A program made the position numbers and the translations under genes. A stretch of 64,000 bases of DNA from an uncultured bacterium (lineage in GTDB: Bacteria; Auribacterota; Erginobacteria; Erginobacterales; Erginobacteraceae), in contig CAWGIE010000019.1 of the NCBI GenBank assembly GCA_963822585.1, positions 487,949 through 551,948 of the forward strand, written 5' to 3'. Position 1 is the stretch's first letter. Every line of letters starts with the position of its first letter. A model generated the notes under the pieces. It ran no database searches, was not told where the DNA came from, and saw nothing but the letters and a program-made list of their open reading frames with translations. Shown here piece by piece: positions 52,327 to 62,475 of the stretch.

Positions 52327-53832
52327 CTATTCTCCGCGGGTGAAGGCGTCTTTAAGGAGTTGGCTCTGACGTTCGAAGGCGTCGCGGGCGGAGAGGGGCT
52401 CTTTCATCATCGCCACTTCCTGGGTGATCAGCCGGGCGACGTACATCATGTGACGCTGGCGGGTCTCGGTCTCCCGCTTGTAGAGAGGATGGTCCCGGTT
52501 CAGGTAAATGACGCCGGCTTCCGTGAAGCACTCCGGACCTTCCAGCCCGTAGTGATCGATGCAGCAGGTGACGCCAAGCCGGCCCATCTTCACTTTTTTC
52601 ACCACCGCCGAAGGGGTCAGTTTGCGGACATGAGGACGGGCTGTCTTCTTTTTCCGCGGTTTTTTCGGTTTTTCCTCTTCCTGCGTCTTGCCCACCGTCT
52701 CCGGTGTCTTCTTCTTCGGGGAATTGGTCTGGAGGGCCGGTTCCCCCGAAGGATCGGTTCCTTCGCCGATGGGCAGCATGCCTTCCGGGCAGAGGGCCAG
52801 GTTATATAAAAGTGCCTGTTCCACCCGCTCCAGGGCCTCCCGGAGAGCCCGGGATATCTTCCGGTTTTCCTTCTTGTCCTGGAGCTGGTCCAACTGCACC
52901 CGGATTTCCGTCTTGAGTTTCTCTACCGCTTCCAGGAACGCTTCATATTCCGGGCTGTCGATAACGAAACCGGTCCGGTCGCTGGTGACGGGGAGAAAGT
53001 CGGCATGGATCTCGCCCATGATCCGTTCGGACGCCCGGCCCCACTTCTCCATCCCGAAGAGGTCCCGGCGGACGGTCGCCCCCCGGACCTTGATCTCAAT
53101 CCCGACATCCTCGATGGCGGGCCGGGGCAGGCTGGCCAGGATGATCTCACCGTGGACGAGGCCGTAACGGGTCCCTTCCAGGAATGGGAGCTTTCTCCCC
53201 GGGATACGGATGGAACGAACGCGGCTGTCATTTATGTAGACGGCGAAATGAGGCGCCTTGATGGGGACGCTCTCGATGACCTTTCGTTCCACCTTGTAAG
53301 GGTCGAGCTTTTTAGTGACCTGGCGGAGAGTGACCCGGGTGCCGTCCGACTGACCGGGCAATGGCTCCACGAACTCCAGGGGTAGTTCCCACTCACCTTC
53401 TCCCCCCTCCCAGACGTTGCGGTCGAAGATCACCCGGGCACAGAAATCACCCTTCTTTGTCAGAACTTCGAAACGGTCGGCGGCGGAGAGGCTGGCGAAT
53501 TTGCCGATGCCGAACTGCCCGATTCTCTGTCTTTTGAACCGGGGGGATATATCGTTATAGAGCTTTTCCTGGGAGCCGATGTTGAAATACTGCGTGAGAC
53601 CCTCCAGGTCCATGCCCAGGCCGTTGTCGGAGACCTCGATATCATCTTCCCGGATGGTGATCCGGACCTCGGTGGCATCGGCATCGTAGGCGTTGTTGAC
53701 CAGTTCCCGGATTAGCTCGATGCTCTCTGAATAGAGCCTCCGGCCGATCGTAATAATATGGCTGCGATCGACACGGACGGGGATTGATTGAGATTGCTTC
53801 GTCACTTCGTTCTTCGCAATGACGTGTAACAT
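52327..53832 (-). CDS. GHKL (Hsp90/MORC-like) ATPase
   Basis: ELVNNAYDADA, DNGLGM, GQFGIGKFA, DGTRV. Confidence 0.85.
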   Translation of the reverse strand: MLHVIAKNEVTKQSQSIPVRVDRSHIITIGRRLYSESIELIRELVNNAYDADATEVRITIREDDIEVSDNGLGMDLEGLTQYFNIGSQEKLYNDISPRFKRQRIGQFGIGKFASLSAADRFEVLTKKGDFCARVIFDRNVWEGGEGEWELPLEFVEPLPGQSDGTRVTLRQVTKKLDPYKVERKVIESVPIKAPHFAVYINDSRVRSIRIPGRKLPFLEGTRYGLVHGEIILASLPRPAIEDVGIEIKVRGATVRRDLFGMEKWGRASERIMGEIHADFLPVTSDRTGFVIDSPEYEAFLEAVEKLKTEIRVQLDQLQDKKENRKISRALREALERVEQALLYNLALCPEGMLPIGEGTDPSGEPALQTNSPKKKTPETVGKTQEEEKPKKPRKKKTARPHVRKLTPSAVVKKVKMGRLGVTCCIDHYGLEGPECFTEAGVIYLNRDHPLYKRETETRQRHMMYVARLITQEVAMMKEPLSARDAFERQSQLLKDAFTRGE

Positions 53833-53929
53833 ATTTAAGACTTTTTTCAGTAATTATACGGATTATACCTTTTGTCACTCCTTTGGTAAAAGATAAATGT
53901 GGGAAAGAAAAAGAAGAGAACAGAAGAAA

Positions 53930-54784
53930 CTAGAAGATGCCCAGGAACCCGGATTCTTTCTTTTCTTCTTGTGCCGGTGGATTTTTAAATTCTTGAACGG
54001 GTTCCGATGATGTTTCTTCGGGAGTGGAGGCGGGATTTTCAGTAGAATCGGAAGCCTGACGCAGTGTATTCATCTCTTTCTGCAAAAGAGTAATCTGGCG
54101 CCGGAGGGCGGATATCTCGGAAAGCGAGGATTCCCGCGTTGTTTTTCCGGCGTCGGATTCAGATAAAATGGTCCGCAAGGTAGAAGTGATGCCCTCGAGT
54201 ATCTGACGATTCTGCTCGATACGGTTACCGGTCTCTTCCGCAAGCTTCAGCGCCGCCGCGGATTCATCAGATAGTTGCTTCATACGCAGTCCCGAGGTCT
54301 CCTGGTTGTGGACAATCATGGTGGACAGGACATTTTTGGTGTCCAGGACTCGATTTTCGGTTATTCGGCCTTGTTGGGATACTAAAAAAACGACGATGAG
54401 TGCCAGGAGAATCGCGGTAACACCCAGGCTGATAAATAGATATATCCGTAATCGGCGGGAGACGATGTCCATCTCCCGGGCCAGACCGGTGAGATGTGCC
54501 TTGAGGAGATCTCCCAGATGATGGTGGACACCCTCAAGGGCACCGGCGGCAATAGCATTCTCCAGTTGGCCGGGGAAACTCTTCTGTACAGCGGTCGTTT
54601 CTTTGAGGACATCCACGCGTGAAACCAGCCGGATTGCTTTCTGGCCCTGGTATTCGATGGTGCTTAGCCAGGCACCGGTCTTAATCCGCCGCCTGATCGT
54701 TTTCACGCTGCACCCAAGAAGACGGGCCGCATCTTTCAAGGGCATCCATTGACTATCTTCAACAATGTTTGTTTCGTCGATCAT
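53930..54784 (-). CDS. HTH-transmembrane-coiled-coil protein
   Basis: N-terminal WMPLKDAARLLGCSVKTIRRRIK (MerR/excisionase-like HTH); TM at about aa 115-135; heptad-rich C-terminal half. Confidence 0.75.
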   Translation of the reverse strand: MIDETNIVEDSQWMPLKDAARLLGCSVKTIRRRIKTGAWLSTIEYQGQKAIRLVSRVDVLKETTAVQKSFPGQLENAIAAGALEGVHHHLGDLLKAHLTGLAREMDIVSRRLRIYLFISLGVTAILLALIVVFLVSQQGRITENRVLDTKNVLSTMIVHNQETSGLRMKQLSDESAAALKLAEETGNRIEQNRQILEGITSTLRTILSESDAGKTTRESSLSEISALRRQITLLQKEMNTLRQASDSTENPASTPEETSSEPVQEFKNPPAQEEKKESGFLGIF

Positions 54785-55037
54785 GTTAAGACTCTTTCAC
54801 CAGGTCAGGGACAGACAGGGACAACAGAATAGACCATCATCGAGTTGAAATAGGTAATGTTATCGATTCTTGTCCCTGTGATCAAAAAGATATTTATAGA
54901 TAATGTCATGGACAATGACCATCAGTATGTCCATTAAGACAGGGACAATGTACACCATATGTCCATATTGGACAAGAGAAATTAATCAAAAATTCTCTTC
55001 ACCGGACCGGTTTGAGAACATAGAGTGAATCAAAAAA

Positions 55038-55053
55038 TGTTCCACGTGGAACA
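55038..55053. promoter_or_regulatory. parS: parS centromere site
   Basis: Perfect palindrome TGTTCCACGTGGAACA upstream of parAB. Confidence 0.95.
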
Positions 55054-55385
55054 TGGAGGAAGAGAAATTTTTGGTTTCCCGCTGTTTCGTGTGGTAATTC
55101 TAAATTTTTTGGTGCCCCTTTGTATCTTGTCGGTTAACGGGCAATGTTAATGACGAAATCCGAATAACGAAGGCCGAATGAAATCCGAAAGGCAAATGAT
55201 CAAATTACCCATTTTCTTTTGAATATACGGAGTAGATGGCCTGGCCAAATTCCGTCATCCGCCTTCGTGATCTATCCACACAAAATGGAAAATGACTTTT
55301 TATTGAATAGCGATAAACGATTTAAAAATATTGCTATGACATGATTTATCAGATAAGATGCCGGCTTATTTTCAAAAAGTGAAAT

Positions 55386-56198
55386 ATGCAGATGAATGAA
55401 CGGAGAATTATCGCATTTGTTAATCAGAAAGGCGGGGTGGGCAAGACTACCACCTGCGTTAATCTCGCCGCCTGTTTGGGTGAAAAAGAATACCGGGTTC
55501 TCTTAATAGATCTCGACCCACAGGGGAATGCTACCAGCGGAGTGGGATGCGATAAAACCATAAAGGACCGTAACAGTTATCGTTTGCTGATCGGTCATGC
55601 GACCGTACAGGAATCAGTGGTTCAAACACCTTTCAGAAATCTTTCTATTATTCCTTCTCATTATGATTTAACGGGAGCAGAAGTGGAATTGATTAATATC
55701 ATAAGCCGTGAATACCGTCTCCGTGACGCTTTAACGGAAATCAGTGATGATTTCTCCTATATCCTGATCGATTGTCCGCCATCCTTGAACCTCCTCGTCA
55801 TTAATGCGTTATCCGCCGCCAAGGAAATAATAATCCCCATTCAGGCTGAATATTATGCTCTGGAAGGGATTTCTCAACTTCTGGGGACGATAAAATTGGT
55901 TCGGGAACGACTTAACCCGATATTGGAAATAAACGGGGTTCTATTAACAATGTGTGATAAAAGAATCCGCCTTTCCGGACAGGTTATAGAGGAAGTACGC
56001 AGATATTTTCAGGGAAAAGTTTTTCACACCGAGATACCTCGCAATGTGAAGCTGAGTGAAGCCCCTGGGTTTGGAAAACCCATTCTTTATTACGACCGGG
56101 AATCATCCGGTTCAACGTCTTATTTGAAACTGGCGGAAGAAATATTGATCAATCATGGAATGGTTACTGATCAGGAAATAAATAACCAGAAAATCTGA
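55386..56198 (+). CDS. parA: Chromosome partitioning ATPase ParA/Soj
   Basis: NQKGGVGKTT, DLDPQGN, IDCPPSL, EYYALEG, SEAPGFG. Confidence 0.97.
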   Translation: MQMNERRIIAFVNQKGGVGKTTTCVNLAACLGEKEYRVLLIDLDPQGNATSGVGCDKTIKDRNSYRLLIGHATVQESVVQTPFRNLSIIPSHYDLTGAEVELINIISREYRLRDALTEISDDFSYILIDCPPSLNLLVINALSAAKEIIIPIQAEYYALEGISQLLGTIKLVRERLNPILEINGVLLTMCDKRIRLSGQVIEEVRRYFQGKVFHTEIPRNVKLSEAPGFGKPILYYDRESSGSTSYLKLAEEILINHGMVTDQEINNQKI

Positions 56199-56210
56199 AG
56201 TAAGAGGCAT

Positions 56211-57134
56211 ATGGACATGGAAAAAGTAGTCTTGGGAAGAGGGCTGGAGGCGCTTATCGGCCAGGCTAAAAACGGACCGGAACGCGGAGAGGAAAGTATT
56301 TTTTATTTACCGGAAGAATCGATAAAAAAAAATGCCTATCAGCCGAGACACCGGTTTGATGAAAAGTCGCTTGATGAATTGAAAAGATCCATATCGGAAA
56401 AGGGAGTCATACAACCGATTATTGTTAAAAAACAGGGAGACGGGTACGAAGTTATTGCCGGAGAAAGAAGACTCATCGCCGCCAGAATGGCCGGGTTAAA
56501 AAAAGTTCCCGCCCTGGTCAGGGAGATCACGGACAAAAAAGATCTTCTGGAGATCGCGATTATTGAAAACATACAGAGAGAAGATCTCAATCCGGCGGAC
56601 CGGGCGCGAAGTTATCGCCGGCTGATGGATGAATTCGGCGAGAATCAGGAAATGATCGCGGAGAGAGTCGGTAAAGACCGCTCCACGATTTCAAATACAC
56701 TCCGGCTACTTGATTTGCCAGAAGAAGTAATACATATGCTGGAAGAAGGAAGACTGAATTTCGGCCAGGCCCGGGCAATACTCGCCGTTAATTCAAAAGA
56801 AGAGCAGAAACGGCTGGCTCGGATAGCTGTGCAAAGAGGACTTTCCGTTCATCGCATCGAAAAAATGGTATGTAGGAAAAAGATAAAAAAGCAATCGTTA
56901 AAAAAGGAAAAAGCCCCGCATGTAAAATATGCAGAAGATGTTCTGCGGGAAGCACTAAAGGCGAAAGTGTGCATTATGGAAAATGGGAAGGGGAGGGGAA
57001 AGATAGAGATTGAATTTTTTTCGGAGGAAGAATTAAACCGTTTGTGCGAAATGATCGGAAAACCGGAGCCTATTTCTCCGGCCGACAAAAGCGGAGAACA
57101 GCGGAAAGAAGATAACGATTTCACTAATTATTGA
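56211..57134 (+). CDS. parB: Chromosome partitioning protein ParB/Spo0J
   Basis: LGRGLEALI, YQPR, AGERR, ENIQREDL, HTH. Confidence 0.97.
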   Translation: MDMEKVVLGRGLEALIGQAKNGPERGEESIFYLPEESIKKNAYQPRHRFDEKSLDELKRSISEKGVIQPIIVKKQGDGYEVIAGERRLIAARMAGLKKVPALVREITDKKDLLEIAIIENIQREDLNPADRARSYRRLMDEFGENQEMIAERVGKDRSTISNTLRLLDLPEEVIHMLEEGRLNFGQARAILAVNSKEEQKRLARIAVQRGLSVHRIEKMVCRKKIKKQSLKKEKAPHVKYAEDVLREALKAKVCIMENGKGRGKIEIEFFSEEELNRLCEMIGKPEPISPADKSGEQRKEDNDFTNY

Positions 57135-57159
57135 CATCAACGGCAGCTGAAATTACACT
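57131..57159 (+). promoter_or_regulatory. Sigma70 promoter of the V-ATPase operon, overlapping the parB stop
   Basis: TTGACA-17 bp-TACACT. Confidence 0.7.
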
Positions 57160-57206
57160 ATATAAATTTGGGGCTAAAGACACTGATTTATTTGGAGGAG
57201 AAAAAA

Positions 57207-57815
57207 ATGGCGGAACAATTACAGGAATTGATTGAGAGAATTAATAAGGAAGGCGTTGAATCAGCCGAGAAGAAAGCCCATGATATTATCTCTCAAGCTG
57301 AAGAAAAGGCGAAGCAAACTATTGATGACGCGGAAAATAAAGCGAAAGAAATCTCTGAAAAAGCCGAGAGCGACGCGAAAAGAACCACGGAAAGCGCCGA
57401 GAAAGCGATACGGCAATCATTCAGAAACGTCATGCTTTCACTGAAGGAGGAGATCAGGAAATATTTCAACGGAATCCTGAGCGGCGAGATAAGAGACGCC
57501 TTGAGCGATAATAAATTGAGTGAAATAATTCTGGCGGTGGCTAAAAAATGTGCCGACCAGATCCGGGGAGAGACCGAGGTAAAAGTTCTGGTAAGTCCCG
57601 GTGACGCTAAAAAATTAAGTGAAGATCTCCTCTCCCGCTTCAAAAAGGAAGTGGGTGCCGGTTTGGTCATAAAGCCGATACCGACAATAGACGCGGGTTT
57701 TATGATCAGCTTCGACGGCGGGGAATCCAGTTATGACTTTACCGACCGGGGACTGCAGGAATTGCTCTCAACCTATATCAGCACGGAACTGAAAGAAATA
57801 ATCTCCCGATCATGA
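57207..57815 (+). CDS. atpE: V-type ATP synthase subunit E
   Basis: LQELIERINKEGV coiled coil, AGFMI, YDFTD; GGAGG RBS. Confidence 0.88.
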   Translation: MAEQLQELIERINKEGVESAEKKAHDIISQAEEKAKQTIDDAENKAKEISEKAESDAKRTTESAEKAIRQSFRNVMLSLKEEIRKYFNGILSGEIRDALSDNKLSEIILAVAKKCADQIRGETEVKVLVSPGDAKKLSEDLLSRFKKEVGAGLVIKPIPTIDAGFMISFDGGESSYDFTDRGLQELLSTYISTELKEIISRS

Positions 57816-58357
57816 GTCGAAACTATTATTATTTCTCGGCCACCCTGCCAATGCTTTCGTTCGGAATCCGACCGGCGATGTCCGATGAGGACTTCCTCAA
57901 AACCGCCGCCGAGTATCTTTCCAAAAAAGATTACCGGGTACTCAATAATGCCCGCCTGGTCCCCCCGAAGAAAGACGGAATCGGAGAAACCGCCCTGGAA
58001 GCGTGGATCGAATACGAGAATGCTCTTCGGAACGAACTGGTCACCGTGAGGGCAAAAAAATTAGGACGAGACCCGAGAGAATATTATCATGGCACCTATA
58101 TACCTGACCCTTATATGGCAGCCATGGTCCAGGAAGCATCGTGCGCTGAAAACCCGCTCATGGTTGAAAGAAGAATCGACCTTGCCCGCTGGGAAAAGCT
58201 GAGCGAGATAGAGCTTCAGCACTATTTCGATCTTCGATTTCTGGTTGTCTATTTCCTCAAGCTTCAGATCCTGAACAAATGGAATTCGATCAGAGATGAA
58301 AAGGGCCTGGCCAAACTGGATGAACTATTGAAGCCCGGAAAGGAGTTTTCCAGATGA
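57812..58357 (+). CDS. DUF2764 protein (V-ATPase subunit C-like)
   Basis: YYYFSATLP, ENALRNEL..RA, YFLKLQIL; between subunits E and A. Confidence 0.8.
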   Translation: MSRNYYYFSATLPMLSFGIRPAMSDEDFLKTAAEYLSKKDYRVLNNARLVPPKKDGIGETALEAWIEYENALRNELVTVRAKKLGRDPREYYHGTYIPDPYMAAMVQEASCAENPLMVERRIDLARWEKLSEIELQHYFDLRFLVVYFLKLQILNKWNSIRDEKGLAKLDELLKPGKEFSR

Positions 58358-60081
58358 GTGTGAGAAAAGGACGAATATCAGGCATCAACGGGAATATGCT
58401 GGTGGTGGATTTCGATGATTTTGTGCGGCAAAACGAGGTCGCCTACGCGCTGACCGGAGACGAGCGTTTGAAGTCCGAGGTGATCCGGGTCAGGGGAAAA
58501 TCGGCGGAGCTGCAAGTGTATGAAAATACGGAAGGCCTGAAAGTCGGCGACGAGGTTGAGTTCACCGGCGAACTGCTCGCCGTCGAACTGGGACCGGGAC
58601 TTCTCACCCAGATTTTCGACGGTCTTCAGAACCCCCTGCCGGAACTGGCCGAAAAATGCGGTTTTTTTCTAAAGCGAGGTTTTTATCTCGATCCGTTATC
58701 GGATAAGAAGAAATGGGAATTCACTCCGAATGCGGAAATAAACGGAAAAGTAACGGCGGGAGATGTGCTGGGAACGGTTCCGGAAGGAATATTCAAACAC
58801 TGTATTATGGTGCCGTTCGGCATGAAAGGGGAGTATGAAGTGGTTAAAATAGCTCCTCCCGGTTCCTACCCGATCAAAGAAACGATCGCCGAACTGAAAG
58901 ACGCCCGGGGCCAGACACACCCGGTTACCATGGTCCAGATCTGGCCGGTTAAGATCCCGATTACCGCTTACCGGGAGAAGATGAAACCGGGAGAACCGAT
59001 GGTAACCAGGGTCAGGATCATAGACACCATGGTACCGATCGCCCTGGGAGGGACTTACTGTATTCCGGGCCCGTTCGGCGCCGGGAAGACCGTGCTTCAG
59101 CAGATCACCAGCAGAAACGCAGAGGTTGACGTCGTCATCATCGCCGCCTGCGGTGAAAGAGCGGGGGAGGTAGTCGAAACACTCAAAGAGTTCCCCGAAC
59201 TGATCGATCCCCGGACGGAAAAACCACTGATGGAACGGACCATTATTATCTGCAATACCAGCTCGATGCCGGTCGCGGCCAGGGAGTCGAGCGTCTATAC
59301 GGCGGTCACCATGGCTGAATATTACCGGCAGATGGGGCTGAATGTTCTTCTCCTGGCCGATTCGACTTCCCGCTGGGCACAGGCCATGCGCGAGATGTCG
59401 GGCCGGCTGGAAGAGATCCCCGGCGAGGAAGCCTTCCCTGCCTATCTGGAATCCCGCATCGCCTCTTTCTATGAAAGAGCCGGGATCGTACGGCTCAACA
59501 ACGGAGAGATGGGTTCGGTCACCATCGGCGGGGCGGTAAGCCCGGCAGGAGGAAATTTTGAGGAGCCGGTGACGCAGGCAACGCTGAAAGTGGTGGGGGC
59601 TTTCCTCGGCCTTTCCCGGGAGAGATCTGATGCCCGGAGGTATCCGTCCATTGACGTCCTCGATTCCTGGAGTAAATACAAAAGCTTTGTCGATCCCGAG
59701 CAGATCGCCTACGCCCGCTCGTTGCTGGTTAAGAGCGCGGAGGTCGACCAGATGATGAAGGTCGTCGGTGAAGAGGGCACTTCACTGGCCGATTTTATCG
59801 ATTATCTGAAGGGGGAATACATCGACGAGGTCTATCTCCAGCAGAACGCCTATGACGAGGTCGATGACGCGACACCGGCGGAGAGACAGATTTACGTCTT
59901 TAACGCGCTCCATGAAATACTGATCGCGCCCCTCAAATTCAGGAACAAAGACACCGCCCGGAGTTTCTTCCATGAGATCCGGCAGATTTTCCGGAACTGG
60001 AACTCCGCGCCCTGGGAGAGCGAAGAATTTAAAAAACTGGAAGGGGAACTGAAACAAAAACTAGCCGAAGTGACGAAATAA
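58354..60081 (+). CDS. atpA: V-type ATP synthase subunit A
   Basis: GPFGAGKT, ACGERAGE, DSTSRWAQA, PGEEAFPAYL. Confidence 0.97.
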   Translation: MSVRKGRISGINGNMLVVDFDDFVRQNEVAYALTGDERLKSEVIRVRGKSAELQVYENTEGLKVGDEVEFTGELLAVELGPGLLTQIFDGLQNPLPELAEKCGFFLKRGFYLDPLSDKKKWEFTPNAEINGKVTAGDVLGTVPEGIFKHCIMVPFGMKGEYEVVKIAPPGSYPIKETIAELKDARGQTHPVTMVQIWPVKIPITAYREKMKPGEPMVTRVRIIDTMVPIALGGTYCIPGPFGAGKTVLQQITSRNAEVDVVIIAACGERAGEVVETLKEFPELIDPRTEKPLMERTIIICNTSSMPVAARESSVYTAVTMAEYYRQMGLNVLLLADSTSRWAQAMREMSGRLEEIPGEEAFPAYLESRIASFYERAGIVRLNNGEMGSVTIGGAVSPAGGNFEEPVTQATLKVVGAFLGLSRERSDARRYPSIDVLDSWSKYKSFVDPEQIAYARSLLVKSAEVDQMMKVVGEEGTSLADFIDYLKGEYIDEVYLQQNAYDEVDDATPAERQIYVFNALHEILIAPLKFRNKDTARSFFHEIRQIFRNWNSAPWESEEFKKLEGELKQKLAEVTK

Positions 60082-60116
60082 CAGGAGTTAATATTTTTAC
60101 GGAGTAAAAAATTACA

Positions 60117-61619
60117 ATGAGGAAAGTATACAACAGAATCTTGCAGATCTCCGGGGATGTCATCACCGTTGAAGCCAAGGGCGTCGGGAACCAGGAACTG
60201 GCGGTAATATCCACCGCCCGGGGTAAATCGCTGGCCCAGGTTATCCGGATCTCCGGAGATCGGGTTTTTCTTCAAGTCTTCGCCGGGAGCCGGGGTATCT
60301 CAACCGGCGATGAGGTCCGTTTCCTGGGGCATCGGATGCAGGTCTCCTTCTCGGACAATCTCCTGGGGAGGATCTTCAACGGCAGCGGCATTCCCCGGGA
60401 TAAAGGCCCCTCCCTGGCCGAGAACCTGATCGAGATCGGAGGTCCTTCGGTTAATCCGGCAAAGAGGATTATTCCCCGGCGGATGGTCCGGACCGGGATC
60501 CCCATGATCGACGTCTTCAATTCCCTGGTTGTTTCACAGAAGCTCCCCATTTTCTCCGTTGCCGGTGAACCCTATAATGAACTGCTGGCCAGGATCGCCC
60601 TCCAGGCGGAAGTCGATATTATCATTCTGGGCGGGATGGGATTGAAGTACGACGACTACCTCTATTTCCGGGATATGCTGGAAAAGCACGGGGCGTTATC
60701 CCGCTCGATTTTCTTCGTGCACACCGCCTCCGATCCCACCGTCGAGTGCACGATGGTCCCGGATATGTGCCTGGCCGTGGCCGAGCAATTTGCCGTCAAC
60801 GGAAAGGATGTCCTGGTTCTGCTGACCGATATGACCAACTTCGCCGATTCACTGAAAGAAATCGCCATCACCATGGAACAGGTTCCTTCCAACCGGGGGT
60901 ACCCCGGCGATCTGTACAGCCAGCTCGCGGCCCGTTACGAGAAGGCGGTTGACTTCGAGGGCTCCGGATCCATCACCATCCTGGCCGTGACCACCATGCC
61001 CGGTGACGATGTGACCCACCCGGTCCCGGACAATACCGGATATATCACCGAAGGTCAGTTCTACCTGAAGAACGGCCGGATAGAACCGTTCGGGTCCTTG
61101 AGCCGTCTGAAGCAGCAGGTAAACGATAAAACCCGGGAAGATCACCGGACGATCATGAACGCCATGATCCAGCTCTACGCCGACTACAAGGAAACCAAGG
61201 AGAAACAGTCGATGGGTTTCCAGATGAGCAAGTGGGACCGGAAGCTCCTCAAGTACGGCGAGATGTTCGAGAAGAAGATGATGGATCTCTCGGTCAATAT
61301 CCCTCTCGAAGCGGCCCTGGATCTGGGTTGGGAGATTATGGCCGATTGTTTTACGCCCCAGGAAACCGGCATCAAAACCGAGATGATAGAAAAGTTTTGG
61401 CCCGAAGGACACAATCAAGGACGCGACGTCGAGGAAGAGGATGAGGACGAAGACGCCGAAAAAGCCGGATCCGCGGCGGTGAAGGATGTTCTGGAAGCCG
61501 ACTCCGGCGGTCCGGGCCTGGACCGGGAAGGAGACCGGGTCGTGGAGGAAGCTCTCTCGGCGGATGCCGTCCCGGGACCGGAAGAAGCCGCCGATATCGC
61601 CACCAGGGAAGTTAACTGA
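60117..61619 (+). CDS. atpB: V-type ATP synthase subunit B (acidic C-terminal extension)
   Basis: [35 protein letters not shown]. Confidence 0.97.
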   Translation: MRKVYNRILQISGDVITVEAKGVGNQELAVISTARGKSLAQVIRISGDRVFLQVFAGSRGISTGDEVRFLGHRMQVSFSDNLLGRIFNGSGIPRDKGPSLAENLIEIGGPSVNPAKRIIPRRMVRTGIPMIDVFNSLVVSQKLPIFSVAGEPYNELLARIALQAEVDIIILGGMGLKYDDYLYFRDMLEKHGALSRSIFFVHTASDPTVECTMVPDMCLAVAEQFAVNGKDVLVLLTDMTNFADSLKEIAITMEQVPSNRGYPGDLYSQLAARYEKAVDFEGSGSITILAVTTMPGDDVTHPVPDNTGYITEGQFYLKNGRIEPFGSLSRLKQQVNDKTREDHRTIMNAMIQLYADYKETKEKQSMGFQMSKWDRKLLKYGEMFEKKMMDLSVNIPLEAALDLGWEIMADCFTPQETGIKTEMIEKFWPEGHNQGRDVEEEDEDEDAEKAGSAAVKDVLEADSGGPGLDREGDRVVEEALSADAVPGPEEAADIATREVN

Positions 61620-61660
61620 TATTTATTTTTAATCTTAAATCACATAATTCAAAAGCTATT

Positions 61661-61748
61661 AAACCACGAAGAACACGAAGATCACGAAGTTTCAATATAG
61701 TATATATTTCCTATGAAATCTTCGTGTGCTTCGTGACCTTCGTGGTTT
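61661..61748. repeat. Inverted CACGAAG nonamer arrays
   Basis: AACCACGAAGAACACGAAGATCACGAAG facing CTTCGTGTGCTTCGTGACCTTCGTGGTT. Confidence 0.8.
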
Positions 61749-61759
61749 TATAAGAGACA

Positions 61760-62371
61760 ATGGCTCGGAAGAAAGTCAAATTCACCAAGGGCGAGCTGAA
61801 GCGACAGCGGGACGCCCAGGAACGGTTCGAGCGTTATCTGCCCACTCTCCAGCTGAAACAACAGCAGCTGCAGATGGAAGTGCGCAGGATTGAGGCGCTT
61901 CTGTACCGGAAAAAAGTGGAGACCGAACGAACCCGGGAAGACATGACTTCCTGGATAGGCATCCTGGGTGATGCCGAGATCGATCTCTCCCTCTGGGTGC
62001 GGCCGAAGGAGGTCGTCACGGGGACCGCGAATATTGCCGGGGTTACCATTCCCATCCTGCGGCGGATAGACTTTCCGCCGCTTGATTATGATCTTTACTC
62101 AACACCACTGTGGGTGGACAGCGCGGTGGAAGAGATCCGAAAACTGACGTCCCTGATCGTGGAAAGCGGCATAATCGAGGAGCAGTTCAGGCTGTTAAGC
62201 CGGGAACTCCAGATCACGATGCAGAGGGTGAACCTCTTTGAGAAGGTAAAAATACCGGAATGCCGGGAAAGCATCAGGGCGATCCGGATCTATCTGGGGG
62301 ATCAGGACACCAACGCCGTCTGCCGGAGCAAGATAGCCAAACGCAAGATCGAAAACGCCCAGGCCGCATAA
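61760..62371 (+). CDS. atpD: V-type ATP synthase subunit D
   Basis: RYLPTLQLKQQQL, QRVNLFEKVKIP. Confidence 0.95.
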   Translation: MARKKVKFTKGELKRQRDAQERFERYLPTLQLKQQQLQMEVRRIEALLYRKKVETERTREDMTSWIGILGDAEIDLSLWVRPKEVVTGTANIAGVTIPILRRIDFPPLDYDLYSTPLWVDSAVEEIRKLTSLIVESGIIEEQFRLLSRELQITMQRVNLFEKVKIPECRESIRAIRIYLGDQDTNAVCRSKIAKRKIENAQAA

Positions 62372-62386
62372 TCAATAACCACTAAG

Positions 62387-62452
62387 AGAACTTAGCCCTC
62401 GCTTCGCTCGGGCAACTAAAAAAACTACGAATTACGCGAATTACACGAATTT
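62387..62452. repeat. 66-bp dispersed repeat, copy 2
   Basis: Matches 17758-17823 with one mismatch. Confidence 0.9.
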
Positions 62453-62475
62453 TTTGCGGAGGCAAAAAAAATAAA

